NCBI RefSeq assembly: GCF_031769215.1
Contig: NW_026781912.1
Coordinates: 806,001-870,000 of the forward strand
Source: Ylistrum balloti
Lineage: Eukaryota
DNA length: 64,000 bases
Direction: 5' to 3'
The notes below the pieces were generated by a model. That model was not told where the DNA came from, made no database searches, and saw nothing but the letters and a program-made list of their open reading frames with translations. Shown piece by piece: positions 24,590 to 37,942 of this stretch. How positions within the stretch are numbered: the first letter of the stretch is position 1; the number at the start of each line of letters is the position of its first letter. The translations under genes and the position numbers were made by a program.

Positions 24590-25046
24590 GGATTCTGAAC
24601 AAAAGATTCTTCAGGTGTGCAAACTTAATACTTCAAAATGCTTCATCTTCAGTATGCATTAACAGATTTCAGCCAAATTTGGCATGGTACATCAGTGAAA
24701 GAAGGCAATCATGATTTGAATGAAGTTGATTGGAACCCTCAGGTCCTGGGGCGGGGCTCATTAACTTTGGGCTACTACTTTTTAATGGTTAAAAGGATTT
24801 CAGCTATATTTGTTCAGAAAAAAATACTTGGTAGTGCAATCATAATGTATTGCGGCTTCCAGGGGGAAGGCACATTAAAGATAATAAGGTATTATCCTCC
24901 TCCCACATGCCCGAACACATTGGGAAAGGACAGTCTTTTCTAATGATAGATTGCTGGATTGTTAACTTTTTTATTCCTTTTTTTCCATTTGATACACTAT
25001 ATCTGTGTATTTTAATCAGATAACCGTTAAGGACCATGGGCCTTTA
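24590..25046 (+). mobile_element. Degenerate HINE-like non-autonomous element
   Basis: CCAAATTTGGCATG and GGGGCGGGGCTC internal motifs. End CAGATAACCGTTAAGGACCATGGGCC, with a similar end at ~27358-27390. Confidence 0.35.
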
Positions 25047-25199
25047 TTTTATCAGAATCTTCATTACGATCTCCACAGTTTATTTCAGATTCTTAACCAC
25101 AGATTCGTCATGCAGATCACTAATATCATTTCATATTCTGAAAACGGATCTTCATTTTTTATTCTTCGCCGCAGATTCTTCGTGTAGTCTTGATTTAAC

Positions 25200-25877
25200 C
25201 TTATTTCAGATTCTGTACCATGGATCCCTCAGGTAGATTTTATTTCAGATTCTGTACCATGGATCCCTCAGGTAGATTTTATTTCAGATTCTGTACCATG
25301 GATCCCTCAGGTAGATTTTATTTCAGATTCTGTACCATGGATCCCTCAGGTAGATTTTATTTCAGATTCTGTACCATGGATCCCTCAGGTAGATTTTATT
25401 TCAGATTCTGTACCATGGATTCCTCAGGTAGATTTTATTTCAGATTCTGTACCATGGATCCCTCAGGTAGATTTTATTTCAGATTCTGTACCATGGATCC
25501 CTCAGGTAGATTTTATTTCAGATTCTGTACCATGGATCCCTCAGGTAGATTTTATTTCAGATTCTGTACCATGGATCCCTCAGGTAGATTTTATTTCAGA
25601 TTCTGTACCATGGATTCCTCAGGTAGATTTTATTTCAGATTCTGTACCATGGATCCCTCAGGTAGATTTTATTTCAGATTCTGTACCATGGATCCCTCAG
25701 GTAGATTTTATTTCAGATTCTGTACCATGGATTCCTCAGGTAGATTTTATTTCAGATTCTGTACCATGGATCCCTCAGGTAGATTTTATTTCAGATTCTG
25801 TACCATGGATCCCTCAGGTAGATTTTATTTCAGATTCTGTACCATGGATCCCTCAGGTAGATTTTATTTCAGATTCT
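25200..25877. repeat. Minisatellite, 39-bp unit, ~17 copies
   Basis: Unit TTTATTTCAGATTCTGTACCATGGATCCCTCAGGTAGAT; variant GATTCCTC in 4 copies. Creates the repetitive 226-aa ORF. Confidence 0.97.
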
Positions 25878-26367
25878 TTGCCATAAATTCTGCAATGTAA
25901 ACTCCAGTTTTCAATACCATTGATCCCAGAAATCTTAAAGTGGGACAATATTATTTCTCATTGAAAATAAACAAAAGTAACACAAAAGTATTATTTTCCT
26001 ATGCCAACTAATAAAGTATACCCCTCCCCTACAGAGGAATCCCTATCCTTCAGTTGGAAGTATGTAATTTGCAATACTAGTTAGTCATTTATGATGGAAC
26101 CTTTCTACAAAATTTTATTGAAAGAAAAATGCATTGTTTGTAGGTCACAATGACCTACAGCAGTTGTGTTGTGTCTGTCGTTGCGCGCGATTCGCCGTGC
26201 GTAAACTTTCCATTCAAACGACTTCTCAAGAACCGAAAGGACCCAGGATGCTGATAATGGTTTGGTTGTATGCTAAAATGAGAGGTTTTCAAGTTTGTCC
26301 AATAAATGACCTTGACCTACTTCCAAGGTCACAAGTTAAAAAAACCTTTAAAAAACTTCCTCTTAAT

Positions 26368-27303
26368 AACCAACGCCCAAGCGGTCATGACGGTCACGGT
26401 CAAGGTAATACGGTAAGCAGCCTTCAAGTGACACGAAAAAAATTGAAACATTGATGATAATAAGACGTAAATGATATGATTCAAGCCCTAGGAGGTCAGC
26501 CAGTGTCAATACAGTATATGTATACCATCAAAACCGTCTTCACAACTAACAATTCTTAACAAGTTAGTTCCAATGGGAAATACCCAACTTTATGCTCAAA
26601 AACGTACTTTTTAAAATAAACTATAGTAAAGTTTACCCTCTTCCCTGCCAGAAAAGTGAGATTGGGGTCATGGAATTCACAATTTTGGTAAAGTACCTTA
26701 AGACATTTTCATCCATAAAGAGCGTTTGTTTTTACCACAGCAGGGTCTTGAGAAGAAGATTTTTTAAATCTGAGTCAATTGGACCCCTTTTGGACCCACC
26801 CTCCAGCCTATTGGGGTCAGACAGTAACAATATGTGCATACCATCAAGCCCTGATCATATACTAGTAATTTTAAGAAAGCTCAAAAATGTACTTTTCCTA
26901 CTTAACTACACGTATTGTAAAATTTACCCCCCTTACCAGGGGGAAATGTGACACCCTGGGGTCAGGAATTTCATAATTTTGGTAAAGTACCTTAAGACCA
27001 TGCCATCCATGAAGAGCATTTGTTTCTACAATATCTGGGTGCTGAGAAGATTTTTGAAATTTGAGTCAATCTGACCCTTTTGGTCTCCATCCCAAACACA
27101 CAATACCTGGGGAAATGGCATATAATTCACTTCTTTGGTTCGTCTTTGGTCAGGTGAAGTTTCTACAAAATTTCATTTAAAAGGTTTCAGGTGCTTTTGA
27201 GAAGTTGTTGAAAATGTTAAATTCACAAATGAGAGCACACGATGCCAGACAAAAGGTGATTACAGTAGGTCACCATGATACTGTGTAAGGTGACCTAAAA
27301 AAC
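26368..27303. mobile_element. Non-autonomous Helentron/HINE-like element, copy 1
   Basis: Shares several blocks with 34964-35566 (AAG.AGC.TTCAAGTG.CA.GAAAAA, AGCCAGTGTCAATAC, CCAATGGGAAATA..TTATGCTCAAAAA). Ends in palindromic GGTCACC..GGTGACC then AAAAA. Confidence 0.55.
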
Positions 27304-28138
27304 AACTGTTATTGATAATGATGCGGGGCCCATGGAACCTCTACAATACATGTCTTTATAGTCAGATAACCATTAAGACACATGGGTCCCTGGTACAAAA
27401 ATTTTTCAGCAATATTAATACAACATTGGTCAAAATGTGTTATAATCCCAGAACTCTTGGTACACAGCCTCAGTATTTGCAAGTTTCGCTAAAAAATCAA
27501 AGAGAGAATTTGCTCTATCTATATAGATATGGTAAAAATTAACTTGTATGAGAAAAACTCCAGACTATATTGTGTGTTAGTAATGATATAACAGTTGTTA
27601 AAATTCATTCATTGCAAACGTGCCTTCATTCCGACATGGAATTTACGACTGTTGATGAACCCAAATCAGAAATGATTTTAGACATTTCCATCAAAGGTCG
27701 TATTTGATATTAACATGTGTTCAGCATATGTGTATATCACTCTTTACCTGTAAACACACCTAATACACCTCTACGTTTTTTTCTGTTTATGCTCAGTAAG
27801 CAGGTTGGTCATTTATTTCCAAATCTCCACCAAGTGTTAATGATTACCAATTATACATGTTTTAATGTTATTTTTGCATAATTATCAAGTTGAAGTTTTC
27901 TCCGAAACTTTCTAAATCACATCAAATTTGCTGGATTATATGTCTTTTGGGCTTTAAATGTCATGTTCTTTGTATTTTTTGTCTTAAAATGTAAAACACC
28001 TTTGGGCATCTAGCGTACTTGTTTGATCCTGATCAAAGGGAGGTAACCTGGAGAGTCAAGTGTTTTGGTGTGAAATACCAATAACATAATACAAAACATA
28101 AATATTTATCTACATAGTTTATTACAACAAATGTCATA

Positions 28139-28239
28139 TCAATCAACAGCAGTATCTTCAAGGTCAAGGTCATTATCGTCCAGGTCAAGGTCATCCATAT
28201 CTTGAAACAAGGATTCATCTACTTCAACAGTATCTTCCT
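28139..28239 (-). CDS. RWDD1: RWD domain-containing protein 1, exon 7 (terminal)
   Basis: Acceptor TTTTTGTGATTACAG; EEDTVEVDESLFQDMDDLDLDDNDLDLEDTAVD*; conserved VEVDESLFQ motif. Confidence 0.93.
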
Positions 28240-29358
28240 CTGTAATCACAAAAACAATGATGAAATCATTCCAACATCCACAAAATATAAGAAAATTTTA
28301 CAGATATCCATTTTTTTGGCCTTATAACTGTATGGCTTAATACTGCACTTGCAGATGCTCTTTGTGGTTTGATAAGAGTAGCCTCCCCTTGATCAGACCT
28401 GACACAAAACTGTAACAGATATATGTATGTATATGACACTACTATATGAATGCAGATATGCTTAAATAAGACATAGTGTGATGTTAAATCTCACTTACCC
28501 GGTACATATCATATCTGAAGTGAACCTACCTTTCAGTTCATTGACAGTAATGGATATGAAGGACTTTGGTTAATAAATGAACTTTCTTAGACTGAAATGG
28601 TATTTTGTTGCAGTATTTTTTTCAAAGCATTGTGAACATGTTTCAAACATGCACCTAAATACCTGTCTATAAAGGCTACTTGTTTTGGCTTCAATGTAAT
28701 ATATTTCATAGTAATTGAACCTCTATATAAAAGCCCACCAGTCTTTTGTCCTTGAGTGGTCCATTTACACAGGTTTTACTGTATTTGAATTCCATGAATT
28801 TTAACTAACACCATAACCATTAAATGACTGGCCTGGCAGCTGGGACGTTATTTACATAGGGTTTCTCTTGATAAACTTTTTATCTAAGTTTCACAGGGTA
28901 CCTAAGAAGTCAGGTGTAGGTAGAAATAGACTCCTACTTTAGGTACTTCACAATCTGAAGAAAATTAAACCTAACATACACCCTGAATATTGCATGTGTC
29001 AGTAGCTTGGTTGCTATATTTGTTTACATACCAGTCTATGGATCTTGTTTCAATTTTCATTTTGAAAATCAAATAAACAAACAATCTAACAGAATGCATA
29101 TAATTTCCTTTCTTTTTTTCCCCTTTTATTCACTTCTTAATTAATTTGTATTCTTTAGCACCCTTAAATTCATATCCTCTGCTCACCTTACAAAAATACA
29201 ATTTCATACCATGTAATCAACCCTTTAGACATCCAAAAGCTGACCAACACCACAATTTTCCAAATAAGATTATAGGGTGAATTAAAAACCTCAATGTTGA
29301 AGTTGAGGAAAAGCAGGAAAAATTGTCATGATCTGTTCTTTCTGAGTTTAATTTTTTT

Positions 29359-29420
29359 TATATATATATGTGTATATATATATATATATCCTCTTTCCCC
29401 CCCCCCCCCCCCCCCCACCC
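29359..29420. repeat. (TA)n plus poly-C tract
   Basis: Direct reading; in RWDD1 intron 6. Confidence 0.85.
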
Positions 29421-29533
29421 CCAGTAACAATGGATAAAACTTTCAGACAAAGTTGATGAATTCAAAAGTTCATAATACTGAATCAATGGATGTGATAATA
29501 TTTGTACTGAAACTAAAGAATATATGTAAGTAC

Positions 29534-29596
29534 CTGATTGAAGGAATTTAACATCAGAGTCATTCATTGAATCGTCCGTGAAGAACAGCTCTTTTC
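29534..29596 (-). CDS. RWDD1: RWDD1 exon 6
   Basis: AG/GT boundaries; GKELFFTDDSMNDSDVKFLQS. Confidence 0.92.
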
Positions 29597-30390
29597 CTGA
29601 AAACAGATACATCCAAACATAATTTCATATACCTACATATTCAGTAATGAACACTTGTAAGAGTTAAATATAAAAGGAATCATCATGTAGTAAATTTATA
29701 GACCACAAGTCCACAAACATCCTGTAAATTATGCTGGATGATTTTTAGCTACCAAATTTCATTAGTAAGTGGTTTTAGAAGGGAGAGGGAAAAGGTGGCA
29801 CAGTCCATGTGAAATATAAGCTGGAATACTTTAGTGTGACTCTACATTAAGTTTCCTCCCTTTATCTGATCAGAATTGTTACATGAAAAATAACATATCT
29901 GACATGTCATATACATGATTCACAGAGACTTTTAGTGTGATAATACATACCAAATCAAAACTAGTCAATAGTTTTACATAAATATAGATTTCAGTCTATT
30001 TTGGATTTCAAATGATAATTAAGAAGTCATAGGAACCGAGATTTCTCTCCATCTACTGAAACATTTTAATTCCTATTGTCAAAGTGTTTCACAATGCAGG
30101 CCTTTACATTGATAAATAAAATAGAGTTGTTCACATCATGTGTAACTGAAGGAAGAGCTGGTTTTATGAGATCACATTAAATGTAGAAGATGAGATAAAG
30201 TGATGATATCACGTGTACAATACAACATCAGCTAATGGTAGGGATATGTCACTAAACAATCTATACTTGATATGTACCGATGCAACAATTAACTGAGACC
30301 ATATGAAATTCAACAATCAAAGCATGTTTCTTGAATTTTGCAAAAACAGATTACATGTTAAAGCTTTACTCACATCATCAAGAAACTAAC

Positions 30391-30517
30391 CTGTAAGCCC
30401 CTTTGGCCCTGTTACACTTTGGTTTTTCAATCTTTTCTGTTCACTCATTTCTGCATCAAATTTGGCTTTCCAGGCTAAAAAGGTTTCTATGGTAACTCGT
30501 GTCCCTTCAAACTTTTT
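30391..30517 (-). CDS. RWDD1: RWDD1 exon 5
   Basis: AG/GT boundaries; KKFEGTRVTIETFLAWKAKFDAEM (conserved F.GT.VT.E.F..WK..F motif). Confidence 0.95.
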
Positions 30518-31489
30518 CTGTATGGAGAAAAAAAAGGATTCTACTCTTACAGGGTTTCTATAGTAACTTATATACCTTTAGACTTTTTCTGTGCAAGTAC
30601 AAAAATAATTCTGTTTCCACAAATTTTCTATGGTAACTCATGTCTTCTTCAAATTAATTTGCATAGAATCATGAAAACAAATGATTCAACTATCGAAGGC
30701 CTTGTACAGAACCTTGTTTATCTTTAAACTTTTTTTGGAAACTGAAAGAAAACAAGTGATTCTGCACCCACAAGTTCATTAAGGATAGTAAGTTATACCA
30801 CAATCTTAATTCCAGCAGTAAGACCACCCACTGACTTTGTTCTGAGCAGAATGTTTCTGTCCTCTGTTTAATTGCAGCATCAATATGAAATTCTTGACAT
30901 TTACAACAACATGAATGCCAGTCGTCTATACCAACATATTCCATATGACAGTCATTAATCATTTGTTGTATTTTTGCAAGCACCTTTATTTCATTCACAG
31001 AATGTTCCTCAGAATTTCTTCAGAACAAACTCAAATCACATCTTTACATTTAAAAAAGTTCAAAAGCTTCACTCAAATTTGATTGTGATGTATTGATCCT
31101 GCCATTGAAAAAGATATGAATAAGCTGAATATTAGATAAGAGCATAACTTCCAGTGAAGTTTCATTTATTTAATTGTTGTACTTTTTATAGAGACACTTA
31201 ATACTTCAAACTAATGCCAGTACTTTTTTTCTAATTAGAGTAAAATGAAAGTTTCTCTTTACCTTCAAATTTAAAAACAATCCATATATATAATGTACAT
31301 GAAATTGTCTTTTGCACATAATGCTTTCGCAACAATTTTTATGCAAATTGATTTAGAAAAAATATGTAAACAATGAACAATCAATACTATAAGAAACACC
31401 ATGCTATTAATTGTCAGTTTATATTATATTCAAACCTAACATAACAGTGACCATACTCGTGTATAAAAATAAACAACTTTCAAACCAAC

Positions 31490-31633
31490 CATTTCCATTT
31501 CTTCCTGTATCCTTTTTTTATTTTCTTCATCTTCTATTCTTCTCTTCTTTGTTTCCTCAACGATCTCTGTAAGTTTTTCTTGTATGGCTGAGACTATGGT
31601 AAATATCATGACCATGCCGAGAGATTCTTCAAT
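31490..31633 (-). CDS. RWDD1: RWDD1 exon 4
   Basis: AG/GT boundaries; IEESLGMVMIFTIVSAIQEKL... Confidence 0.95.
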
Positions 31634-32768
31634 CTGTCAAAAAGATCAATCTAATGACTACAGTGATCTTTTGCCAAAATCAAAAATAATTTTCCTTCAT
31701 GATATTACTTACCGCTATGACATAACAGAATATCAATAATTGAGATGTTGCATAATTCAAAGATTTCAATTCTATATTTAAGAAATATATAACCATTTCT
31801 TTTCTTCTTTTTTTATAATTCTTTACAAAATCTTTTTCCTTACCACCTAAAAACAAAGACACTATGATGTAGTATTTCACCAATCGATGGGTGAAATGAG
31901 ATTAAAAAACCAAAGTTAGAGGCATGATCTTAAAACAGTGTAACATCCAAATTTATGTTCATGAAAGACATGTGATTGAAAGTCCAGACTGTGACATCAC
32001 ACTTAGTACTGTATATGTACTCCATCCTAAGGAAGTCTTTATTTGTCGACTACAGTGTGTTACTAGCATATACCCATCATACTGATGATTAAGTATTACA
32101 AGTCAACTAGAGTATTTCCATAAATATTTTACATAAATATCATAATATTGTTGCCGAATTGATGTATTTTAATTCAAACATTATAAAACATTTTATTTCA
32201 AGAGCTTTATTTTTGGGGCGAGGGATTTAAAGGTAAGCTAAAAGCTTATTTCAAATATCATTTTAAGCGAATATATAATGGATTTTCAAGTATTGTAATA
32301 TTGTAATATATACAGATTTACTGAAGGAAGTCGAGATGTAGATATATCAATGAATGGTCCTCATCAAACTATAGATGTATAGATTATATGTGTACACTTA
32401 CTTCTATCCCCTTAATCTCTAAATCTTACACATGACATATATCCACTTTGTTATATGTACAAATGTATAGATATGATTGTATGTGTTATCTCAAATTCTC
32501 ATTAGTGTTACAATAAACACCACTTCTTCTTCATAGCTAAATGTATAAAGGGCAAAAAGTAACAGCTTCGATAGCAAATATTGATGCTGAAATTTTACAA
32601 GATCTGTAAATCTTAAATTGATAACTAGCAGGCTTTTCCATGGAGATCAGTTGGAGGGTGGGGACCTTTTTCCTATATATATCCTACCCATCCTCATCAC
32701 AAGCATTTTTAACAGATTTATGCCCCTAATGAACTAAATACATGTATAGATATCACTTTTTAACTTAC

Positions 32769-32896
32769 ATTTTCTGTTATCAACTCATTAAGCACTTCAA
32801 TCTGATCCTCCTCCAAGTTTTCATACTCTGTGATTTCAAATACTGGAGGCTCCTCTGGGTATTTTTCAACATAGGAAAATTGTAGTGTGCAAAGGG
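32769..32896 (-). CDS. RWDD1: RWDD1 exon 3
   Basis: AG/GT boundaries; LQFSYVEKYPEEPPVFEI (RWD YPxxxP motif). Confidence 0.95.
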
Positions 32897-34285
32897 CTAT
32901 AAAATAAGAATATCCAATTATGATCGGCAAAATGGATCAGCAATCAAAACATGTAGTGAAGAGGACATCACGAACAAGCATGTTCAGAAAATAAAAATGA
33001 TCTGGAAATTATTAACATACTATGCAATTACATTAAGAATACAAATATATTTCCAGAACCAATGTACATGTGTATTGTAACTAACAGGGTAATTGAGTGG
33101 TGCAGTAGTAAATATTAATCAACATTTAATCTGTGTTGTGTGTTCAGTCTTTGTTTCATTAGTATGTAAGTGTATTTTACAGCACATGATTCGTATCATT
33201 CAGCTGTTACACAGAAATTTCATTGTATCGCAATCCTTGTTATATCACCAGAATTAATACAGATAGTAGGTGCCAGTTAAATGAGGGAGGGGTGAGGGCA
33301 TGGTTCATAGATACACAACTAAATATAAATGTTGATTTAAATAAAAATTAAACTAAGAGTATTGGTACGACATCAATGCCTCTGTATCCCTTTGACATAT
33401 TGATATGTATCACTGGACTTACAAAGATTCAAACACACAGCAGAATGGGATGTGATGGCAAAATTGTGACGTTTAAACCTAAAAGTTGATTGAAGTCACA
33501 CACTAAATATGAAGTCATTATCTCCAAATCTAAGGGAAGAAAAGTCTAGAAAACTACCTTTTTTGCACAATAATCAAGGTTCAAAGACAATAGGATTTTT
33601 TCACCAGAAAACAAACTCTCTCTTTAACCCAATACTTTGAAGACACATACATATTCAATATCATTATCTCCAAATACAACAAAAAGTTTTAGAAAACTGT
33701 TTTGGGGTATACAGACAGGCAACAATATGTTATCTATTACATTTTTCTCACCTTTCATTGATGTTCTGTCTACTCTATATGTGTACTCTATTATCATTAC
33801 ATCACTGGATAATCTGCTTAATATCAACATCTAACGAGGCTTCAAATTCATATTAAAGTAAGAAATTCAACACATAAAACACTGTAATGATTTATTGCCA
33901 GTTGACCAGGATCATCACACTATAGAGTTTGGTGAGAGCTTCTTACCATTTTAAGTGCTTTCTCTATCAGAGTTACTGTTACTTAGGCCCGTAATACACT
34001 CTAGCTAGGATCATTGATATTTTCACTGCTGTGGTATTCAGATTACTCAGTGAAAAATATCATTTATATTTCACCATAAAACCTTATATTTCACTGAGAG
34101 AATTGTAATATACATGTACATTCAACAGTTTTGGGAAACACATTTGATAATAGAGATCAGAGAATATCTGAGTATAACCCCGACAACCTTAAGCTTCCCT
34201 GCCTTGGATTTTAGTAGGCATAAATATACTGGATGTATGTAGGACTTTCAACTTTGTAAGTTATCAAAATTAGAGAAATAAATAC

Positions 34286-34381
34286 CTGCTGGTTCCTTTG
34301 TCTCGTCACTGTTGTAGGGATCGTCTACTTCTTGGGACTTTATATCCAGAGTAAACACATGGTAAGGATCTGTTGACAGTA
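34286..34381 (-). CDS. RWDD1: RWDD1 exon 2
   Basis: AG/GT boundaries, phase 1-1; VLSTDPYHVFTLDIKSQEVDDPYNSDETKEPA. Confidence 0.85.
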
Positions 34382-34963
34382 CTGCAATAGTAAAAATAAT
34401 AAACAAAATACAAATGTAATCATTTTAAAGTACGAAATGGTTTGTATACTGAGAGTTTTCAATCTGAGCTGCAATGTTTGACAGGATAATGCAAAAGACA
34501 GAAATAGTCTGTAAATGATCATTCTACCATTGCATTCAAACTGCAATGCATACATTTTTGAAGCTGAGTTATTGGAATTCAGTGTCTGATTTTGCCAACT
34601 GATGACTGTTATGTCTGACTAACAGAAATTTGAAAACTTCACAATGTTTGATGAAATCTGGCGAAAGTTTTACAGCATGATATTTAATAGTGGATTAAAT
34701 ATCAAAGTAAAGAAAAATGATGTCTCTGTCAATTAAGACCACTACCAAGGATATATCTTGAAAATTTTGGTGAAACCACAAGATTCTCGAAATTGGGTCA
34801 TTTTACTAAGGCGATGATGCTGGTCAATTGACAGATGATACTAGGCATATGATGAAAATGAAATGTTGTATTAGTCATGTACTGGAGCACCAGCAAATCT
34901 GGCTGTTTAAGCAGATTCTGCTATAAAGCCAAATCTGACAATACCTATGTAGAGCAAATGTAC

Positions 34964-35566
34964 AACAGGGAGCCTAGCAGCCTTGACGGTAACCTGAGAT
35001 AAGCAATATTAATTATAAAGGTTAAAGGGTAAGTAGCTTTCAAGTGTCAAGAAAAAGAAATTGTGACATTGATGATAGTAAGCCAGTGTCAATACATGCA
35101 TACTATCAATACTAATAATTTTTTAAAACTAAAAATAATCATTACCAATGGGAAATAAACAACATTATGCTCAAAAATGGAATTTTTCTATAAAAAAATT
35201 ACAGTAAAGTTAACCTGATCCTCTCCAGGAAGAAATATGAGACCCATTTTGGTAATTAAACAAATTATGCTCAAAAATCTATTTTTCCTATATAAACTAT
35301 AGAAAACTTTACCCCCTCCCCACTGGGAAATTTTAGACCCAGGAGCTATGAAATTCACCATTCTGCCATATATAGATGTTAAAAAGAAAAATTTTGAAAG
35401 CCGAGTCAATTTTACCCAGAAGGTTTCTGCAAAATTTCATTAAAATCGGTTCAAGGTTTATTGCGAACTTAAAAATGTTAAATTGTTTATGGACAGACAT
35501 CGCATAATGTCATGGGTGATCACAATAGGTCACCATGTAAGACTTTATCTCAGGTAACCTAAAAAA
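34964..35566. mobile_element. Non-autonomous Helentron/HINE-like element, copy 2 (RWDD1 intron 1)
   Basis: Homologous blocks with 26368-27303; terminal GGTCACC..GGTAACCTAAAAA. Confidence 0.55.
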
Positions 35567-36233
35567 GTAAACATCCATGGTCAGGTGAGGTCCAGTCACA
35601 TTTCTTTCATACAGATAAAAAAAATGGATGATGGATTATGTAAGTCAGTAAAATTAATGTTTTTTGCATATTTGGTCAATTTCAGGAGATTTTATGGAAT
35701 TTCATTGTTACATATTTTCAGTATCCATGTACACTCGCTAATAGTGTCTGTTTAGTAACAAGCACTATTGCACATCATTCACACCTGGTATTGTCTGTCC
35801 ATTTTTTCGATGTGCATACCATAATCGCGGCCAGGTATGGCTCAGTTGTTTACATCGGCCCTATATACGTGTAGTTAGATATGATTATAGACCTAAAGCT
35901 GCCTATAGCGCCAGATCTGTCGGTGCTCCAGTATCTGTTATTTGGATTCGCCAAAATGATGCACGTATCATACATTTGTAATATTACAATCTACATATTT
36001 TAAGTTTTGCAATTCATGTTCCACAAAAAAGCGGACGGAATAAGTCACCTCCGATATTCCCGGGTCAGGTACACAACACCAATAATTGTTGAAACCAAAT
36101 TGAAAGTAAATTACAATATCAAGTGTTACTCAACTTCAGTAGTAAGAGCTGGTGAGTGTTATCCGTGGTAAAATATTAAATGCATTGCTATGAGCAGATA
36201 CATTTGGTTGTTTTATTATTTCAGAGATAATAC

Positions 36234-36306
36234 CTCTAATTTCGTCTGGATATATAGATTCTAATGCTTCTATTTCGTTTTCCTGTTCTTCTCTAAAGTC
36301 TGTCAT
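36234..36306 (-). CDS. RWDD1: RWDD1 exon 1; full model 73+96+128+144+127+63+101 = 732 nt = 243 aa
   Basis: MTDFREEQENEIEALESIYPDEIR matches the RWDD1 N-terminus (MTDY.EEQ.NE.EALESIYP). All seven exons join in frame. Confidence 0.95.
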
Positions 36307-36591
36307 CTTCTCGTGTTTCTTGCATGCCTCTGTCAAAAGTCCGCGTAACTTAAACACTCGATTTCTCCGTGTCAATTTTCTTTGAATTTAAACACTCAAT
36401 TGATCAAGATGCAAGGAAGGAGCCAACAATTTCCGTTACATTTCTTTTGATTAGTCACTTCCAGTTTACTATCCAATCAAAATTGTTGTAACAAACACAG
36501 TCGGTACTTGAGGAGGTGTGACTGACAATTTTCATCTGCTTACAAAATAATGAAAGAAAGTAGGACAGTCTGATAGCAATTCCCATCAAGC
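36307..36591. promoter_or_regulatory. Bidirectional promoter/5'-UTR region shared by RWDD1 and TRAPPC3
   Basis: Only 285 bp between divergent ATGs. CCAAT (~36472) and CTTCC (ETS-like) motifs; no obvious TATA. Confidence 0.75.
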
Positions 36592-36633
36592 ATGTCAAGA
36601 CAAAGTACACGTGGAGGGGATCCTCGAAAAGTG
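36592..36633 (+). CDS. TRAPPC3: Trafficking protein particle complex subunit 3 (BET3), exon 1; full model 42+98+100+183+120 = 543 nt = 180 aa
   Basis: MSRQSTRGGDPRKV then GT; all five exons join in frame. Confidence 0.9.
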
Positions 36634-37136
36634 GTTTGTAGACACATTAGTCGATGTCGATCTCGGCGCCAAAATTTTGCTGGATAAATATTTCTTTGGA
36701 ACTAAATTGTGCGTGTTCAGCAACAGCAACTCCACGATCTACATGCACAAATGAAACAATCAGTGTGCTAGCCAAAAAAAAAAAAAAAAAACTAGAAACT
36801 CAATTACTGTGGTTACAACGCATCACATATTTTTTACACTCAAACACCCAAATAAATGCATCTTGAGTCTTCGTTCATGGGACCATATATAGTTACCGTC
36901 TGATATACATGTATACACATACTCAAATTTTCAAGGTTTATTATCACCTTAAATCTCTTAAAGAATATTCTGTTTAAGACCCATACATGCAGCTCACGAA
37001 GATGATATATGTACATATGTTCTTACCATGTATTAGTTTCAATCTTTCATATTCAGTGTTTTAACCCAGCTTAATACTGAATTTAACTGAAAGAGGATAT
37101 TGTCATATTTTATCCAATGACTGCTAAAACCACTGT

Positions 37137-37275
37137 CAGGGCTCTCGATCTGCCAGATTTGGGGCCGATTGTCAATTTAGACAACAAGTTTTCCCAATTC
37201 TAAGGAAAACACCATTATTTTTCCCAATTCAAAGGGCCCCGGGCCCCAGTCCCAAAATGGGATGTGAGAGCCCTG
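37137..37275. mobile_element. 139-bp MITE in TRAPPC3 intron 1
   Basis: 10-bp perfect TIRs CAGGGCTCTC / GAGAGCCCTG flanked by direct repeat ACTGT. Superfamily uncertain (CAGGG termini are hAT-like but there is no 8-bp TSD). Confidence 0.6.
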
Positions 37276-37343
37276 ACTGTTCAATTAATCTGTAAGACAG
37301 TAGTTGTTTCGTTGGAGATAAATACTTTGCATTTCTTTTGTAG

Positions 37344-37442
<99 letters not shown>

Positions 37443-37795
37443 TAAACAAATTGATTTATAAACATACTGCATTATAAATAACATGTAAGAAATCCAGTGC
37501 TTGGAAGTATTTATCTAAACTGTACATATGTCAACTATACAATAAAAGAACTTTTACATCTTAGATGTATTGATATCAAAGTTCACAAACTTATTTATAC
37601 CTGTATCTCAGTCTGTGGCCATGTACATGTTTGAATTTCTGACAATTCCAAAAAAAGATATTAAGTGAAAAAAAATGCAATATTGAGAATTACTCTTCAA
37701 AGTAATTGAAGTTCTTGTATGCAAACCTTCATTTTTATGAATTTCTGAAACTAAGAAATTATGAGAATTCAAGTGAAATTGTTTTATATAAGTGA

Positions 37796-37939
<144 letters not shown>

Positions 37940-37942
37940 TAA

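Noticed and set aside
25220-25900. 226-aa ORF (MDPSGRFYFRFCT repeats) as a protein gene
   Set aside because: A by-product of a stop-free 39-bp unit; no unique coding flanks.
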